A stretch of DNA of 64,000 nucleotides, from NCBI GenBank assembly GCA_039028615.1, contig JBCCHT010000003.1:256001-320000 (forward strand), given 5' to 3'. Under the pieces are notes generated by a model that made no database searches, was not told the origin of the DNA, and was given only the letters and a program-made list of their open reading frames with translations. Both the position numbers and the translations under genes were made by a program. The DNA is from Myxococcota bacterium (lineage in GTDB: Bacteria > Myxococcota_A > Polyangia > Nannocystales > Nannocystaceae). Below are positions 25,770 to 37,083 of the stretch, in pieces (position 1 is the first letter of the stretch; every line of letters starts with the position of its first letter).

Positions 25770-27470
25770 ATGGGGATACCGATTTCGATCCGCGAGTCCT
25801 ACGAAGGGCGTCACATCCTGGTGGCGGGCGGCTCTGGCTTCGTCGGCAAGGTCTGGCTGGCGATGGTCCTGGAGCGCATCCCGGACGTCGGCCGCATCTA
25901 CCTGCTGCTGCGTGGCAAGGGCCGGGGCGTCAAAGAGCGCTTCGAGAAGTTCGTCAACGACAACTACGTCTTCGCCTCGATGCACGATCGCTTCGGCGAG
26001 GGCCTGAGCGAGTACATCTCGAGCCGGCTCGAGGTCGTCGCGGGTGACGTCAGCAAGCCGGACCTGGGCCTCGATCCCGAGGTCGCCGAGCGCATGCGCG
26101 GCAAGGTGGACCTGGTCATCAACTTCGCCGGTCTGGTCGACTTCAACCCCGATCTGCGCGACGCGGTCGGCACCAACGTCATGGGTGGCGTGCACGTGGC
26201 CGACTTCGTGCAGAGCTGCGAAAAGGCCAAGCTCGTCCACATCTCCACCTGCTACGTGGCGGGCAAGCGCGACGGGTTCATCCCCGAGCAGGTCCAGCCC
26301 AAGTCGCCCAGCGGCGAGGTCATCGACGCCAAGGCCGAGCTCGAGCGGATGCACACCATCATCCGCGAGACCGAGGAGGAGAACAAATCCCCCGAGGTCG
26401 AGGCGCACCTGCACAAGGACGTCATCGCGCGACTGGCCGCCCGCGGGGCCGAGCCCAGCGAGCGACGGATCCTCGACATGGTCAGCCGGCTCAAGCGCAA
26501 GCGCCTGCGCGAGATGATGGCCCTGGCCGGCACCGAGCGCGCCAAAGAGCTCGGCTGGCACAACACCTACACGTACACCAAGGCCATGGCCGAGTACTTG
26601 CTGCTCGACCGCGGCGACGAACTCGACCTGGCGATCTTCCGACCGGCCATCGTCGAGAGCGCGGTGGAGTACCCCTTCGCGGGCTGGAACGAGGGCTTCA
26701 ACACCTCGGGCCCGCTCGTGTACCTCGCCAAGACCTGGTTCCGGCACATCCCCGCGATGCCCGGCAACCCGCTCGACGTCATTCCCGTCGACATGGTCTG
26801 CAAGGCCCTGCTGCTGTGCGGCGCGGCCCTGATGAAGGGCGAGCACGCGCCGGTCTATCAGTGCGGCTCCTCCGACCGGAACTTCCTGCCCATCGATCGC
26901 CTGACCGAGCTGTCGGCGCTGGGGCATCGCAAGTGGCTGCGCAAGAACGGTGAGAGCGCGCTGCACAAGGTCATCCTGTCGCGCTGGGACGCCCTGGCCG
27001 CCGACCCCGACCACGTGCTGAACATCGGCAACATCCGAAGCGTGCTCAAGCAGGTCACCCGCTACCTCAAGCACGGCCTGCCCGAGAAGATCCCGTCCGA
27101 GCTCCAAGAGGCGGCGGAGAAGCTCGCCAAGAACACGGAGAGCTCGAACAAGCGACTGCGGCAGATCGAGGACGTGCTCGACCTGTTCCAGCCCTTCACC
27201 CACGATCACTACTGCGTGTTCGAGTGCCGTGCCGTCGACCGCCACTCCGTGGCCGAGGACGACCTGCGCTTCGAGGTGGAGTCGATCGAGTGGCGGAGCT
27301 ACTGGCTCGACGTGCACATGCCGGGCATGCGCCGCTGGTGCTTCCCCGCCTACGAGAACAAGGACAAGGAGATCTACGATCCTCCCTTCCAGTTCTCGCT
27401 GATCGACGAGGTGCCGGCCACGGCCGCGCCCGCCGTCGCGGTGGCCGACGCTCACGAGAGGACCGGCTGA
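25770..27470 (+). CDS. Fatty acyl-CoA reductase (male-sterility family)
   Basis: [52 protein letters not shown]. Confidence 0.92.
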   Translation: MGIPISIRESYEGRHILVAGGSGFVGKVWLAMVLERIPDVGRIYLLLRGKGRGVKERFEKFVNDNYVFASMHDRFGEGLSEYISSRLEVVAGDVSKPDLGLDPEVAERMRGKVDLVINFAGLVDFNPDLRDAVGTNVMGGVHVADFVQSCEKAKLVHISTCYVAGKRDGFIPEQVQPKSPSGEVIDAKAELERMHTIIRETEEENKSPEVEAHLHKDVIARLAARGAEPSERRILDMVSRLKRKRLREMMALAGTERAKELGWHNTYTYTKAMAEYLLLDRGDELDLAIFRPAIVESAVEYPFAGWNEGFNTSGPLVYLAKTWFRHIPAMPGNPLDVIPVDMVCKALLLCGAALMKGEHAPVYQCGSSDRNFLPIDRLTELSALGHRKWLRKNGESALHKVILSRWDALAADPDHVLNIGNIRSVLKQVTRYLKHGLPEKIPSELQEAAEKLAKNTESSNKRLRQIEDVLDLFQPFTHDHYCVFECRAVDRHSVAEDDLRFEVESIEWRSYWLDVHMPGMRRWCFPAYENKDKEIYDPPFQFSLIDEVPATAAPAVAVADAHERTG

Positions 27471-27471
27471 G

Positions 27472-28626
27472 ATGGCGCTCTTCCTGACCGGGATCACCGG
27501 GTATATCGGCTCCTACGTCGCGCACGGGCTGCTCACGCAGTACCCCGACGTGCGGCTGGCCGCGCTGGTGCGAGCCAAGAGCGACGACGCGGCGCGCGAG
27601 CGGCTGTGGAAGTCGCTGCAGATGCACGAGCCCGACTTCGATCGGTTCGCCGAGCTGCTGCCGCGCATCGACATCTACCGCGGCGACCTGACCTCGCCGG
27701 GGCTGGGCCTCGACGACGCGGACCGCGATCGGCTCATCAAGTCGGCCGACTCGGTGCTCCACATCGCCGCCTCGCTCAACCGCAAGTCGGCCAAGGCCTG
27801 CTTCAACGTCAACCTGCGGGGCACCCTCGAGATCATCAAGATCGCCCGGGCGGCGGCCGATCACCACGGCCTGCGTCGCTTCTCCGACGTCAGCACCGTC
27901 GCCGTCGCCGGCCATCGCAGCGACGAGATGGTGCGCGAGGCCGAGATCATCGACTGGGCGCGCAGCGACTACGACCCCTACGCGCGCACGAAGAAGTTCT
28001 GCGAGCACATGATGCACGAGCTGCTGCCGGACGTGCCGCAGACCGTGTTCCGCCCCAGCACCGTGCTGGGCGACAGCCGCTACCCCCAGACCACGCAGTT
28101 CGACATGGTGCGGGCCTTTGCCGCGCTGTCGTACATGCGGGTCATCCCGCTGCGCCCCGAGTGGCGCATGGACATCTGTTCGGCGGACTACGTCGCCAAG
28201 GGGATCATCAAGGTCCACATGGCGGACAAGCCGCTCTACGAGTCGTACAACCTCAGCTCGGGCGAGGCCTCGCCGACCTACGAGCAGATCGTGCGCTCCG
28301 TGAAGGACGCTGGCCACAAGCCGGTCTGCGTCTTCGCCCCTCGCCTGGGGCGGGCCTTCTCCACCGCGATCGAGGCCGCGATGAGCACCCCGCGCAAGCT
28401 GGGCATCGCTCCGGCCGCTTCGCTGATGAAGGTCTTTTGGCCTTACTTGACCAACAACACCGTCTTCGACAACTCGCGGATCGTCGAAGAGCTGGGCGGC
28501 GAGCGCCCCCGGCCCTTCCCCGAGTACGCGTACCCGCTGCTGCAGTTCGCAGTGGGGTCGGGATTCCAATACCCCTACCGCCCGTGGCCCCAAGATGGTG
28601 AAGCCCGGCGCAAGAAGGTGGCCTGA
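27472..28626 (+). CDS. Extended SDR/thioester reductase-like protein
   Basis: [27 protein letters not shown]. Confidence 0.9.
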   Translation: MALFLTGITGYIGSYVAHGLLTQYPDVRLAALVRAKSDDAARERLWKSLQMHEPDFDRFAELLPRIDIYRGDLTSPGLGLDDADRDRLIKSADSVLHIAASLNRKSAKACFNVNLRGTLEIIKIARAAADHHGLRRFSDVSTVAVAGHRSDEMVREAEIIDWARSDYDPYARTKKFCEHMMHELLPDVPQTVFRPSTVLGDSRYPQTTQFDMVRAFAALSYMRVIPLRPEWRMDICSADYVAKGIIKVHMADKPLYESYNLSSGEASPTYEQIVRSVKDAGHKPVCVFAPRLGRAFSTAIEAAMSTPRKLGIAPAASLMKVFWPYLTNNTVFDNSRIVEELGGERPRPFPEYAYPLLQFAVGSGFQYPYRPWPQDGEARRKKVA

Positions 28627-28629
28627 ACG

Positions 28630-30114
28630 ATGGGCAGCCTGTTCAAGAGTGGGTCCCTATTCAAGACCGGCATCCTCGGTCGCCTCGCCGACGCCCTCGA
28701 GCCCGACCGTGTCCTCATGGAGGTCACCAACGGCTTCATCGAGGCCACGGCCGTCAAGCGGGCGCTGGACGTCGACCAAGAGACCTGGAAAGAGGGCAAC
28801 CCCCTCAAGCTCCTGCTGGCCGGCTACGTGGGCACCCGCAACACCGGGGCCGACGTCCGCGTCGAGGAGATGATCCGCCAGTTTCGGCACGTCGTCGGCG
28901 ACGACGACCTCGAGCTGACGATCATGTCGATCAACAAGCAGCGCACCGCGGGCTACTTCCGCACCGTGCGTCAGGTCGAGCTGCCGGTCCTGTTCCCCAA
29001 GTTCCTCTTCGACGAGTGCCCGAAGCACCACGGCGTCATTGCCTGCGAGGGCTCGATGTTCAAGTCGAAGTTCGCCTCCGCGCTGTCGACCATGATGGCC
29101 GGCTCGCTGGGCATGGCCGCGGCCGAGAACAAGCTCGCGGTGGGCTACGGCGCCGAGGCGGGCGCGATGAGCCCCGACCTGCGCGACTTCGTCAAGCGCC
29201 ACTGCGCCAACGCGCTGGTGCAGTGCCGCAACGTGCCCTCGCGCGAGGTCCTGGGTCGCCTGGGCGTTCGCACCACGGGCGGCACCGACACCGCCTGGAC
29301 CTTCGAGCCCGCGCCGCTTTCCGAGGGTGCCCAGCTGCTGCGCGAGCGCGGCTGGGACGGCGAGAAGAAGGTGCTGGTGCTGTGCCCCATCAACCCGTTT
29401 TGGTGGCCGGTCAAGCCCGACCTCGGCAAGTCCGCGGCGCGCACCCTGGGCGGGCAGTTCAAAAAAGAGCACTACCGCTCGATCTACTTCCATCACAGCT
29501 CGCCCGAGGCCGACGAGAAGTACGAGACGTACATCGACGGTCTGGCGGAGGCGGTCCAGAACTTCATCCGCGACCGCGACGTGTTCCCCATCATGGTGGG
29601 CATGGAGCGGGTCGACCGACTCGCCTGTGAGGCGGTCTCCCAGCGGGTCGACGGCAACCCGCCCTGCTTCATCAGCGACGACTACGACATGTACCAGCTG
29701 GTCTCCGTGCTTCGGAACTGCTCGTACATGGTCAGCTCGCGCTTCCACGCCATCGTCACCTCGATGCCGGGCCTCGTGCCTTCGGCCGGCGTGACCATGG
29801 ACGAGCGCATCCGCAACCTCATGAACGATCGGGGTCACCCGAACCTGTTCCTCGAGGTCGACGAGGACGACCTGGGCGAGAAGGTCTTGGCCATCCTCGA
29901 GCGCCTCGAGCGTGAGGCCGAGCAGATCTCCGCGGACATCGGTCGGGTCATTCCCCAGCAGCTCGAGCTGATGGGTCAGATGGGCATCGACTTCATGGAC
30001 GAGGTCTGCCGGGTCTACCCCGAGTTCCCGCGCAAGGACCTGCCGCGGACCTGGCAGGCGCACCTGCCCTCGCTGTCCCCCGAGCTTCAGGCGCTCATGG
30101 AGAAGTACGCATGA
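28630..30114 (+). CDS. Polysaccharide pyruvyl transferase family protein
   Basis: GYVGTRNTGAD, RNVPS, DTAW, SRFHAIV. Confidence 0.82.
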   Translation: MGSLFKSGSLFKTGILGRLADALEPDRVLMEVTNGFIEATAVKRALDVDQETWKEGNPLKLLLAGYVGTRNTGADVRVEEMIRQFRHVVGDDDLELTIMSINKQRTAGYFRTVRQVELPVLFPKFLFDECPKHHGVIACEGSMFKSKFASALSTMMAGSLGMAAAENKLAVGYGAEAGAMSPDLRDFVKRHCANALVQCRNVPSREVLGRLGVRTTGGTDTAWTFEPAPLSEGAQLLRERGWDGEKKVLVLCPINPFWWPVKPDLGKSAARTLGGQFKKEHYRSIYFHHSSPEADEKYETYIDGLAEAVQNFIRDRDVFPIMVGMERVDRLACEAVSQRVDGNPPCFISDDYDMYQLVSVLRNCSYMVSSRFHAIVTSMPGLVPSAGVTMDERIRNLMNDRGHPNLFLEVDEDDLGEKVLAILERLEREAEQISADIGRVIPQQLELMGQMGIDFMDEVCRVYPEFPRKDLPRTWQAHLPSLSPELQALMEKYA

Positions 30115-31820
30115 ACTTCCTCGAGCGGATCTTCGACAACCTCAAGGAACACCCCGAGCGCACCAAGCTCATCGAGGTCCAGAACACCTCGCTGCAGGGG
30201 ACCGATGGGGCGGGGATCCTCGAGCTCGTCGGGCGGGCCCGCACCTCGATCGAGGAGGCGGGCATCGAGCCGGGCGATCGAGTGGCCTTGCTGGCCCCCA
30301 ACTCCACCCGATGGGTCGCGGCCGACCTGGCCATCCTGGCCGCGGGCGGCATCGTGGTGCCGCTGTACGACCGCCAAGACCCCAGCGAGCTGGCGGTCAT
30401 GATGCGCAGCGCCAAGCCGCGCCTGCTCATCGCCGCCACCAAGAAGCTCGCCGCGCCGGTCATCGAGGCGTGGTCGGCCGACGCCGAGCTGCCCGAGGAC
30501 GCCACCATGGCGCAGCGGGCCGAGGCGATCGGCTGCACGGTCATCGACCTGCAGGCGCTGTTCGAGCCCGCGCCCTCGGCCAAGGGCCTGCACCCGCGGG
30601 GCGAGGACGACACCGTCGCGATCATCTACACCTCGGGCACCAGCGGCGAGCCCAAGGGCGTGATGCTGTCCCGGGCCAACGTCGACTACATGATCCCCAA
30701 GACGATCCAGCGGATCGCTCGGGTGGTCGGTGAGCGCGGCGGCCCCGATCGCGTGTTCCACTTCCTGCCGTTCTGCTTCGCGGCCTCGCGGATGATGCTG
30801 TGGACTCAGATGTCCCGGCCCAACCCGCTGATGATGTCCACCGACCTCAACAACCTCGTGGTCGAGATGGCGGTGGCCAAGCCCAACTACTTCCTCAACG
30901 TGCCCGCCGTGCTCGAGCGGATCCGCAACGGGGTGGGGGCGAAGCTCGAGGAGCGCGGCGGCATGGCCCTGACGCTCTACAAGAAGGCCGAAAAAGCGTT
31001 CCACAAGAGCCTCGAGGGCACCTCCAGCCTGGTCGACTCCATCGCCCTGGAGATCGGTCGCCGCGTGGTGTTCCCCAAGATCAAGGAGCAGATCGGGCCC
31101 AACCTCGAGTTCCTGATCTCGGGCTCCGCTCCGCTCTCCGCCGATACCCAGCGCTGGTTCCAGATGCTCGGCATCCCCGTCTACCAGGCCTACGGCCTGA
31201 CGGAGACCACGGGCATCGTCTCGCTCGACGACCCCGACCTGGTCGAGGCGGGCAAGGTCGGGCTGCCGCTCGAGGGCCAGACCCTCGAGGTCAGCGAAGA
31301 GGGCGAGCTTCTGGTCAAGGGCCCGAACATCTTCGCGGGCTACTGGGAGAAGCCCGAGGAGACGAGCCGCGCCATCGTCGACGGCTGGTTCCACACGGGC
31401 GACCAGGTCGAGTACGAGGGCAAGAACCTCCGCATCATCGGCCGCATCAAGAACCTCATCATCCCCGAGTCCGGGCACAACATCTCGCCCGAGCCCATCG
31501 AGGAGAAGTTCATGGCCGCGTGTCCTGCCGCCGAGCAGTGCATGCTGGTCGGGCACGGGCGGGCCCACGTGGCGATCATCGTGACGGGCGAGCCCCCCAA
31601 GGAGGCGGTCGACCGGGCGATGGAGCAGATCAATCCCGATCTGCCCTTTTACAAGCGCATCCGCGCTGCCCTGCGGCCTTCGGAGCCGTTCACCGTCGAG
31701 AACGGGCTGCTCACCGCCAACCAGAAGCTGCGGCGGCGGGTGATCGAAGATCACTTCAAGTCCGAGATCGAGGCCCTGTACGCCGAGGCGGCCAAGGCCA
31801 AGAAGGACAAGGGCAAGTAG
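30111..31820 (+). CDS. Long-chain acyl-CoA synthetase (AMP-binding)
   Basis: YTSGTSGEPKG, YGLTET, GWFHTGD, GRIKNLI. Confidence 0.93.
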   Translation: MNFLERIFDNLKEHPERTKLIEVQNTSLQGTDGAGILELVGRARTSIEEAGIEPGDRVALLAPNSTRWVAADLAILAAGGIVVPLYDRQDPSELAVMMRSAKPRLLIAATKKLAAPVIEAWSADAELPEDATMAQRAEAIGCTVIDLQALFEPAPSAKGLHPRGEDDTVAIIYTSGTSGEPKGVMLSRANVDYMIPKTIQRIARVVGERGGPDRVFHFLPFCFAASRMMLWTQMSRPNPLMMSTDLNNLVVEMAVAKPNYFLNVPAVLERIRNGVGAKLEERGGMALTLYKKAEKAFHKSLEGTSSLVDSIALEIGRRVVFPKIKEQIGPNLEFLISGSAPLSADTQRWFQMLGIPVYQAYGLTETTGIVSLDDPDLVEAGKVGLPLEGQTLEVSEEGELLVKGPNIFAGYWEKPEETSRAIVDGWFHTGDQVEYEGKNLRIIGRIKNLIIPESGHNISPEPIEEKFMAACPAAEQCMLVGHGRAHVAIIVTGEPPKEAVDRAMEQINPDLPFYKRIRAALRPSEPFTVENGLLTANQKLRRRVIEDHFKSEIEALYAEAAKAKKDKGK

Positions 31821-31823
31821 CCG

Positions 31824-32600
31824 ATGATCGAATGGGCGCTCAAAGAGGGGGTCTACGACCTCCGGCTCGGCCAGGAGCCCTGCAACGAGATCGGCACGAG
31901 CATGCTGTCGGCGCTCGAGCGCTTCCTCGACCAGGTCGACACCGAGTCGGCCCACTCGGTGGTCATCCGCAGCACCGTGCGCGGGGGCTTCTCCGCGGGG
32001 GCCGACCTGCGCGAGCTGTATAACGGCCTCAAAGACCGGCCCGAGTCCGAGCACGAGCAGGCGCTGCGCGAGTTCATCGACCGCATCCACTCGGTGATGG
32101 ATCGGCTCGACATGCTGCCGCTGACCACCATCGGCGTGGTGCACGGCATTTGCTTTGGCGGAGGATTCGAGCTGGCGCTGACCTGCGACATGCTCATCGC
32201 CGAGCGCAACGCCCGCTTCGCCTTCCCCGAGCTGCGCCTGGGCATCGTGCCCGGCTTCGGCGGCATCCCCCGGCTGCGACGCGACGTGGGCAACGCGGTG
32301 GTCCGCGACCTTTTGCTCACCGGGCGCAGCATCAACGCCAAGAAGGCGCAGGCGGTGGGGCTGGTCAGCCAGATGGTGCCCGTGGGCGAGGGCCTGCGCG
32401 CCGCCTGGGCCACCGCCCGCCAGGCCACCAAGTTCGACCGCGAAGCGGTCCGCACCTGCAAAGAGTTCATGAAGCCGCTGCCGGTCGAGGAACTCGCCCG
32501 CGAGAAGGAACACTTCATCCGCCTCGCGCAGCGACCCATCCTCAAGCTGGCCCTCAAGAAGTTCGTCGAGAGCGACGATCCGCGGCCCTACCTACCCTGA
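31824..32600 (+). CDS. Enoyl-CoA hydratase/isomerase
   Basis: FSAGADL, GGGFELAL.CD, FPELRLGIVPGFGG. Confidence 0.93.
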   Translation: MIEWALKEGVYDLRLGQEPCNEIGTSMLSALERFLDQVDTESAHSVVIRSTVRGGFSAGADLRELYNGLKDRPESEHEQALREFIDRIHSVMDRLDMLPLTTIGVVHGICFGGGFELALTCDMLIAERNARFAFPELRLGIVPGFGGIPRLRRDVGNAVVRDLLLTGRSINAKKAQAVGLVSQMVPVGEGLRAAWATARQATKFDREAVRTCKEFMKPLPVEELAREKEHFIRLAQRPILKLALKKFVESDDPRPYLP

Positions 32601-32613
32601 GTGGAGTTCGACG

Positions 32614-32847
32614 ATGAGCGAAGTTCTCGACCGACTGATCAAGCTCGCGGCCAAGAAGTACGACGCCGACGCGTCCGCGCTGAAGGCCGAGCACGACATC
32701 TTCGAAAAACTCGGGATCGACAGCTTTCAAGCGGCTGAGCTGATGTCCGATCTCGAGATGGAATTCGACGTGGAGATCCCCGACTACGAGCTCCAAGGGG
32801 TCGAGACCTTTGGTGCGCTCGCCGCGGTGATCGACAAGAGGCGCTGA
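32614..32847 (+). CDS. Acyl carrier protein
   Basis: LGIDSF phosphopantetheine site; LEMEFDVEIPD; 77 aa and acidic. Confidence 0.92.
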   Translation: MSEVLDRLIKLAAKKYDADASALKAEHDIFEKLGIDSFQAAELMSDLEMEFDVEIPDYELQGVETFGALAAVIDKRR

Positions 32848-34553
32848 TGCTCAAGCTTTCACGCATCCAGTCGGTGGGCGAAGCGATTCGCGACGCCACC
32901 GTCACCTTCAAGACCAACGAGGCTCTGATCGAGGCCGAGCGTCACCGTGAGAACGGACGCTGGACCTACCGCGAGCTCCGCAAGGAGGCCGAGGCCTTCG
33001 CGGCGCGGATTCAGGGCCAGGGCGTCGAGCCCGGCGATCGCGTGGCGATCGCCATGCAGAACCAGAGCAAGTGGATCTTCTCTGGTCTCGGCGCGCTGTG
33101 GGCCGGCGCCACGCTGGTGCCGATCGACTACAAGCTCAAGGCACACGAGCAGCTCGATCTGGTCGGGCACTGTCGGCCGCGGGTGCTCGTCACCGAGTAC
33201 AGCGCCTGGCGCGACATGCAAAAGGAGTCGGGCGAGGCGCTCGAGCGGGTCTTGGTGCTGGTCACCGAGGCGCCCGAGGGCGCCGACCTCGGCCCGGCTA
33301 AGCGCTGGGAGGACGGCGAGGGCACGTTCACGTACCAGGTGCGTCGTCGCGAGGACGTGGCCTGCATCGTGTACTCGTCGGGCACCTCGGGCACGCCCAA
33401 GGGCTGCGAGCTCACCCACGGCAACTACCTGTCGCAGGCCGAGATCCTCGGCAACATGTACCCGCTGGCGGAGGACGAGCGCTTCTTCTCGGTCCTGCCC
33501 ACCAACCATGCCATCGACTTCATGGTCGGGTTCATCGTCCCGCTGCTGATGGGCGGCGGCATCGTGCACCAGCGAACGCTGCGACCGCAGTTTCTGCGGG
33601 CCACGATGAAAAAGTACGGGATCACCCACATCGCGCTGGTCCCCACCATCCTCAAGAACATCGAGAAGCGCATCCGCGAGCGGCTCGACGACCTCGACGG
33701 CTGGCAGAAGCAAGCGGTCGACGGCCTGCGCCGGGTCAACGAGCTGGCGACCCGCAAGGAGCCCAACCATCGGCTCTCGAGCGCGCTGCTCAAGCCCATC
33801 CACGACGAGCTCGGGGGCAAGCTCAGCCACATCTTCGCGGGCGGCACCTTCGTCGATCGCAAGCTGGCCGAGTTCTTCTACGAGCTGGGCATCCCCGTGA
33901 TCATCGGCTACGGCCTCACCGAGGCCAGCACCGTCATCACCGTCAACGACCTCAAGCCCTTCCGCAGCGACACCGTGGGCAAGCCCGTGCCCGGCGTCGA
34001 CGTGGAGATCCGCAACGCCAACGAGGCAGGGGTGGGCGAGGTCTGGGTCCGCGGTCCCACCGTGATGAAGGGCTACTTCAATGCCCCCGAGCTGAGCGCC
34101 GAGGCCCTGGTCGACGGCTGGCTCCGCACGGGCGACCTCGGCTCCATGGACATCAGCGGGCACCTCAAGCTGATGGGGCGGGCCAAGAACATGATCGTGA
34201 CCGAGGGGGGCAAGAACATCTACCCCGAGGACATCGAGTCGTACTTCGAGGACCTGCCCGGCATCGAGGAGTACTGCGTGTTCGCGACCGACTATATCTG
34301 GCCGCGAGGCAGCATGACCGGCGAGCAGCTGGTCATCGTGCTGCGCCCCGAGGGCGAGGGCCTGAGCGACGAGTGCAAGAAGGAGCTCGAGGTCCGCAAC
34401 CGCAAGCTCCCCGACTTCAAGCGCGTCTCGGCGTATATCGTGGAGACCGAAGAGTTCCCGGCCACCGCGTCGCTGAAGATCAAGCGGGGTCCGCTGGCCG
34501 AGGTGCTGCGCAAGCGCTCCCGCGAAGAGGCCGTCCAACAACTGGGGAGCTAG
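32847..34553 (+). CDS. Second AMP-binding acyl ligase
   Basis: YSSGTSGTPKG, GYGLTEAS, WLRTGDLG, GKNIYPEDIE. Confidence 0.93.
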   Translation: MLKLSRIQSVGEAIRDATVTFKTNEALIEAERHRENGRWTYRELRKEAEAFAARIQGQGVEPGDRVAIAMQNQSKWIFSGLGALWAGATLVPIDYKLKAHEQLDLVGHCRPRVLVTEYSAWRDMQKESGEALERVLVLVTEAPEGADLGPAKRWEDGEGTFTYQVRRREDVACIVYSSGTSGTPKGCELTHGNYLSQAEILGNMYPLAEDERFFSVLPTNHAIDFMVGFIVPLLMGGGIVHQRTLRPQFLRATMKKYGITHIALVPTILKNIEKRIRERLDDLDGWQKQAVDGLRRVNELATRKEPNHRLSSALLKPIHDELGGKLSHIFAGGTFVDRKLAEFFYELGIPVIIGYGLTEASTVITVNDLKPFRSDTVGKPVPGVDVEIRNANEAGVGEVWVRGPTVMKGYFNAPELSAEALVDGWLRTGDLGSMDISGHLKLMGRAKNMIVTEGGKNIYPEDIESYFEDLPGIEEYCVFATDYIWPRGSMTGEQLVIVLRPEGEGLSDECKKELEVRNRKLPDFKRVSAYIVETEEFPATASLKIKRGPLAEVLRKRSREEAVQQLGS

Positions 34554-35459
34554 ATGTCCGACGAAGCGTACCTTGCCGTGATCAACCCCGCTGCCGGCGG
34601 AGGCCGCTGCGGCAAGCGCTTCCCGGCCGCCCTCGAGCGCCTGCGCGAGGCGGGCGTGCAGGTCGACACCGCCGAGACCTCGGGTCCCGGTCAGGCCACC
34701 GAGATCGTGCGCAAGGCCTGGGCCGAAGGCCGCCGCCGCTTCATCGCGGTGGGCGGTGACGGCACGGGCTACGAGGTCGTCAACGGGCTCTTCCCCGAGG
34801 CGGCCGAGTCCGAGGACACCCCCGTGCTGGGCTTCTTGCCGCTGGGCACGGGCAACTCGTTCCTGCGCGACTTCACCGATCAAGGGGCCGAGCACACCAT
34901 CGAGGCCCTGGCCAAGGGGGCGCGCCGCTCCTGCGACGTCATCCGGCTGCGGCACGCCGAGGGGCAGCTGCACTACATCAACCTGCTGTCGATCGGCTTC
35001 GTCGCCGACGTCAACGGGCTGCGGGCGCGTCGCTTCAAGCGCTGGGGCGAGTTCGGCTACATCCTCGCGGTGGTCACCGCGGTGGCCAGCCTGCGGGCGC
35101 GGGCCTACCCCATGAAGATCGACGAAGGCGAGCTCGACGAGGCGCTGCAGGTCTTTGCCTCGTTCAACAACAGCAAGTTCACCGGGGGCAAGATGATGAT
35201 GGCTCCCCACGCCAAGACCGACGACGGCAAGATCGCGGTGGTGCAGGTCGGCAAGCTGGGGCGCATCGGCCTGCTGATGACCTTCCCCAAGATCTTCAAG
35301 GGCACCCACGTCGAGCACCCCGCGGTCTCGACCTGCCACGCCGAGCGCGTCGACCTCGAGGTCGAAGAGCAGATCGACGTGATGGTCGATGGCGAGGCGC
35401 TCGAGGTGGTGCCGCGCGCGCTCGAGGTCCTGCCCGGCGCCCTACAAGTCGTCGTCTAG
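34554..35459 (+). CDS. Diacylglycerol/sphingosine kinase family (YegS/DagK-like)
   Basis: INPAAG, VGGDGT, PLGTGN, DDG, DGE. Confidence 0.92.
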   Translation: MSDEAYLAVINPAAGGGRCGKRFPAALERLREAGVQVDTAETSGPGQATEIVRKAWAEGRRRFIAVGGDGTGYEVVNGLFPEAAESEDTPVLGFLPLGTGNSFLRDFTDQGAEHTIEALAKGARRSCDVIRLRHAEGQLHYINLLSIGFVADVNGLRARRFKRWGEFGYILAVVTAVASLRARAYPMKIDEGELDEALQVFASFNNSKFTGGKMMMAPHAKTDDGKIAVVQVGKLGRIGLLMTFPKIFKGTHVEHPAVSTCHAERVDLEVEEQIDVMVDGEALEVVPRALEVLPGALQVVV

Positions 35460-35517
35460 AGCCAGCCTCGGGGTTGTCCGCCCGCGCGCGGGGTTCCGAG
35501 CTACGCTTGGGGAGCCC

Positions 35518-36198
35518 ATGGCGATGACGCTCGAGAGCACGACGACGTTTTCCCGCGCGATGTTCCGTGCCTTGCGGGACTCGAACGAGACGGACCAGCT
35601 GCTCGTGGGCGAGGAGATTTCCTCGGTGGGGCGCATGGCGGCGCTCGTACCCGTGCTGGAGGCCGATCCCGAAGGTCGGGCGATCCTGCACGAGCGGCCC
35701 CGGATCAGCACGACCGACGTCGACTTCGATCGCCTGCGAAGCCTGCCGTCGGGGACCCTGGGGCGCGCCTTCGTCGAGCACCTCGATCGCTGCGGCCTCG
35801 ACCCCGACACGATGACCGTGCCCGTGTCGCGCGGGCCCAGCGAGCAGAGCAACTACCTGCTGACCCGCGTTCGGCAGACCCACGACATCTGGCACACGCT
35901 GCTCGGCCTGGGCGCCCAGGGGCACGAAGAAGTGCTCGTGCACGCGTTCCAGTGGCCGCAGCTGCGCATGCCCTACTCGGCGCTGGTGGTGGGGTTCGGA
36001 ACCCTCAAGCACTTCATCGGCGAAGGTCGGCTGGCCGCGCTGCGCCACTCGATCCTCGAGGCGTACCGAGCGGGCCGGGACGCACGGCCACTACTCCCGG
36101 TGTACTGGGAGCGTCACTGGGAGGAGCCGGTGGTCGCGCTGCGCGAGCGCTTCGGCGTTCGTCCGGCCAGCCAGTGGCGGGGCCCCGCGCTCAGCTGA
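35518..36198 (+). CDS. Coq4 family protein
   Basis: LPSGTLGRAF, HDIWHTLLG......EE, WERHWE.P...LR. Confidence 0.85.
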   Translation: MAMTLESTTTFSRAMFRALRDSNETDQLLVGEEISSVGRMAALVPVLEADPEGRAILHERPRISTTDVDFDRLRSLPSGTLGRAFVEHLDRCGLDPDTMTVPVSRGPSEQSNYLLTRVRQTHDIWHTLLGLGAQGHEEVLVHAFQWPQLRMPYSALVVGFGTLKHFIGEGRLAALRHSILEAYRAGRDARPLLPVYWERHWEEPVVALRERFGVRPASQWRGPALS

Positions 36199-36224
36199 CG
36201 CGGACTCGGGTAGACTCTTCGGTC

Positions 36225-37067
36225 ATGAGCTTGCGTGCGATCGTCCTTGGTTGTGTGGGCATTGCGGTCGGAGTGACCGGGTGCTTCGAGGAAAATACGC
36301 CGGTCGTCATCACGACGAGCAGCGACCCCGAGACCGGGGCGACCGAGGACGGCGACACCGTGGCCAGCCCCGCCGAGGAGACGGCGGCCGAGACTCCCGA
36401 GACCACGACCACCCAGGGAAGCTCGCCGACCACCGAAGATCCCGACGGCACCGCCACCGAGCCGGTCAGCACCGAGGACACGGGCCCCGATCCCACCACG
36501 GGCTGTCAGCCGGAGTGCGACGAGCTGGCCTGCGGCATGGAGACCAACTGCGGCATGAGCTGCGGCGAGTGTGCGGCCATGGCCCAGTGCGCCGACGACC
36601 AGACCTACTGCGGCCTGCCCATCGGGTTCCCGAACGACTTCGGCGACGTCGCCCTCGTCAACGGGCTCGTGCAGCTCGGCTTCCGCTTCCAGGTCTTCGA
36701 GCCCCGCATCGTCCGACGGCTGGGCGTCATCGCGGGCGGAGCGGGACAGCAGGTTCGGCTGGCGCTCTACGACTCCGACGGGGCCGGCCCGGACCAGCGC
36801 GTGGTGCAGACGGGCGCGGTGGAGCTGTTCGCGGCGGGGCCCAACGAGTTCAACGTGGGCGCCACCGAGATCGAGCCCGGCGAGTACTGGGTGTTCCTGC
36901 ACACCTCGGCCATGACCCCGCTGGCGCGGACCTTCAACGGCGACAACGACTACGAGGAAGGCCTGCGGGTGAGCATCCCCTTCGACGACGGCTTCCCCGA
37001 GGTCATGGACGACGAGATGATCATCCAGGACTACCGGTACAACGTGTACATGGTGGTCGAGGACTGA
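36225..37067 (+). CDS. Lipoprotein with Thr-rich tether, Cys-rich repeat and beta-sandwich domain
   Basis: VTGC lipobox; C.P.C....CG....CG.SCG.C. Confidence 0.8.
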   Translation: MSLRAIVLGCVGIAVGVTGCFEENTPVVITTSSDPETGATEDGDTVASPAEETAAETPETTTTQGSSPTTEDPDGTATEPVSTEDTGPDPTTGCQPECDELACGMETNCGMSCGECAAMAQCADDQTYCGLPIGFPNDFGDVALVNGLVQLGFRFQVFEPRIVRRLGVIAGGAGQQVRLALYDSDGAGPDQRVVQTGAVELFAAGPNEFNVGATEIEPGEYWVFLHTSAMTPLARTFNGDNDYEEGLRVSIPFDDGFPEVMDDEMIIQDYRYNVYMVVED

Positions 37068-37083
37068 GCGTCCGCGCCTGCGC

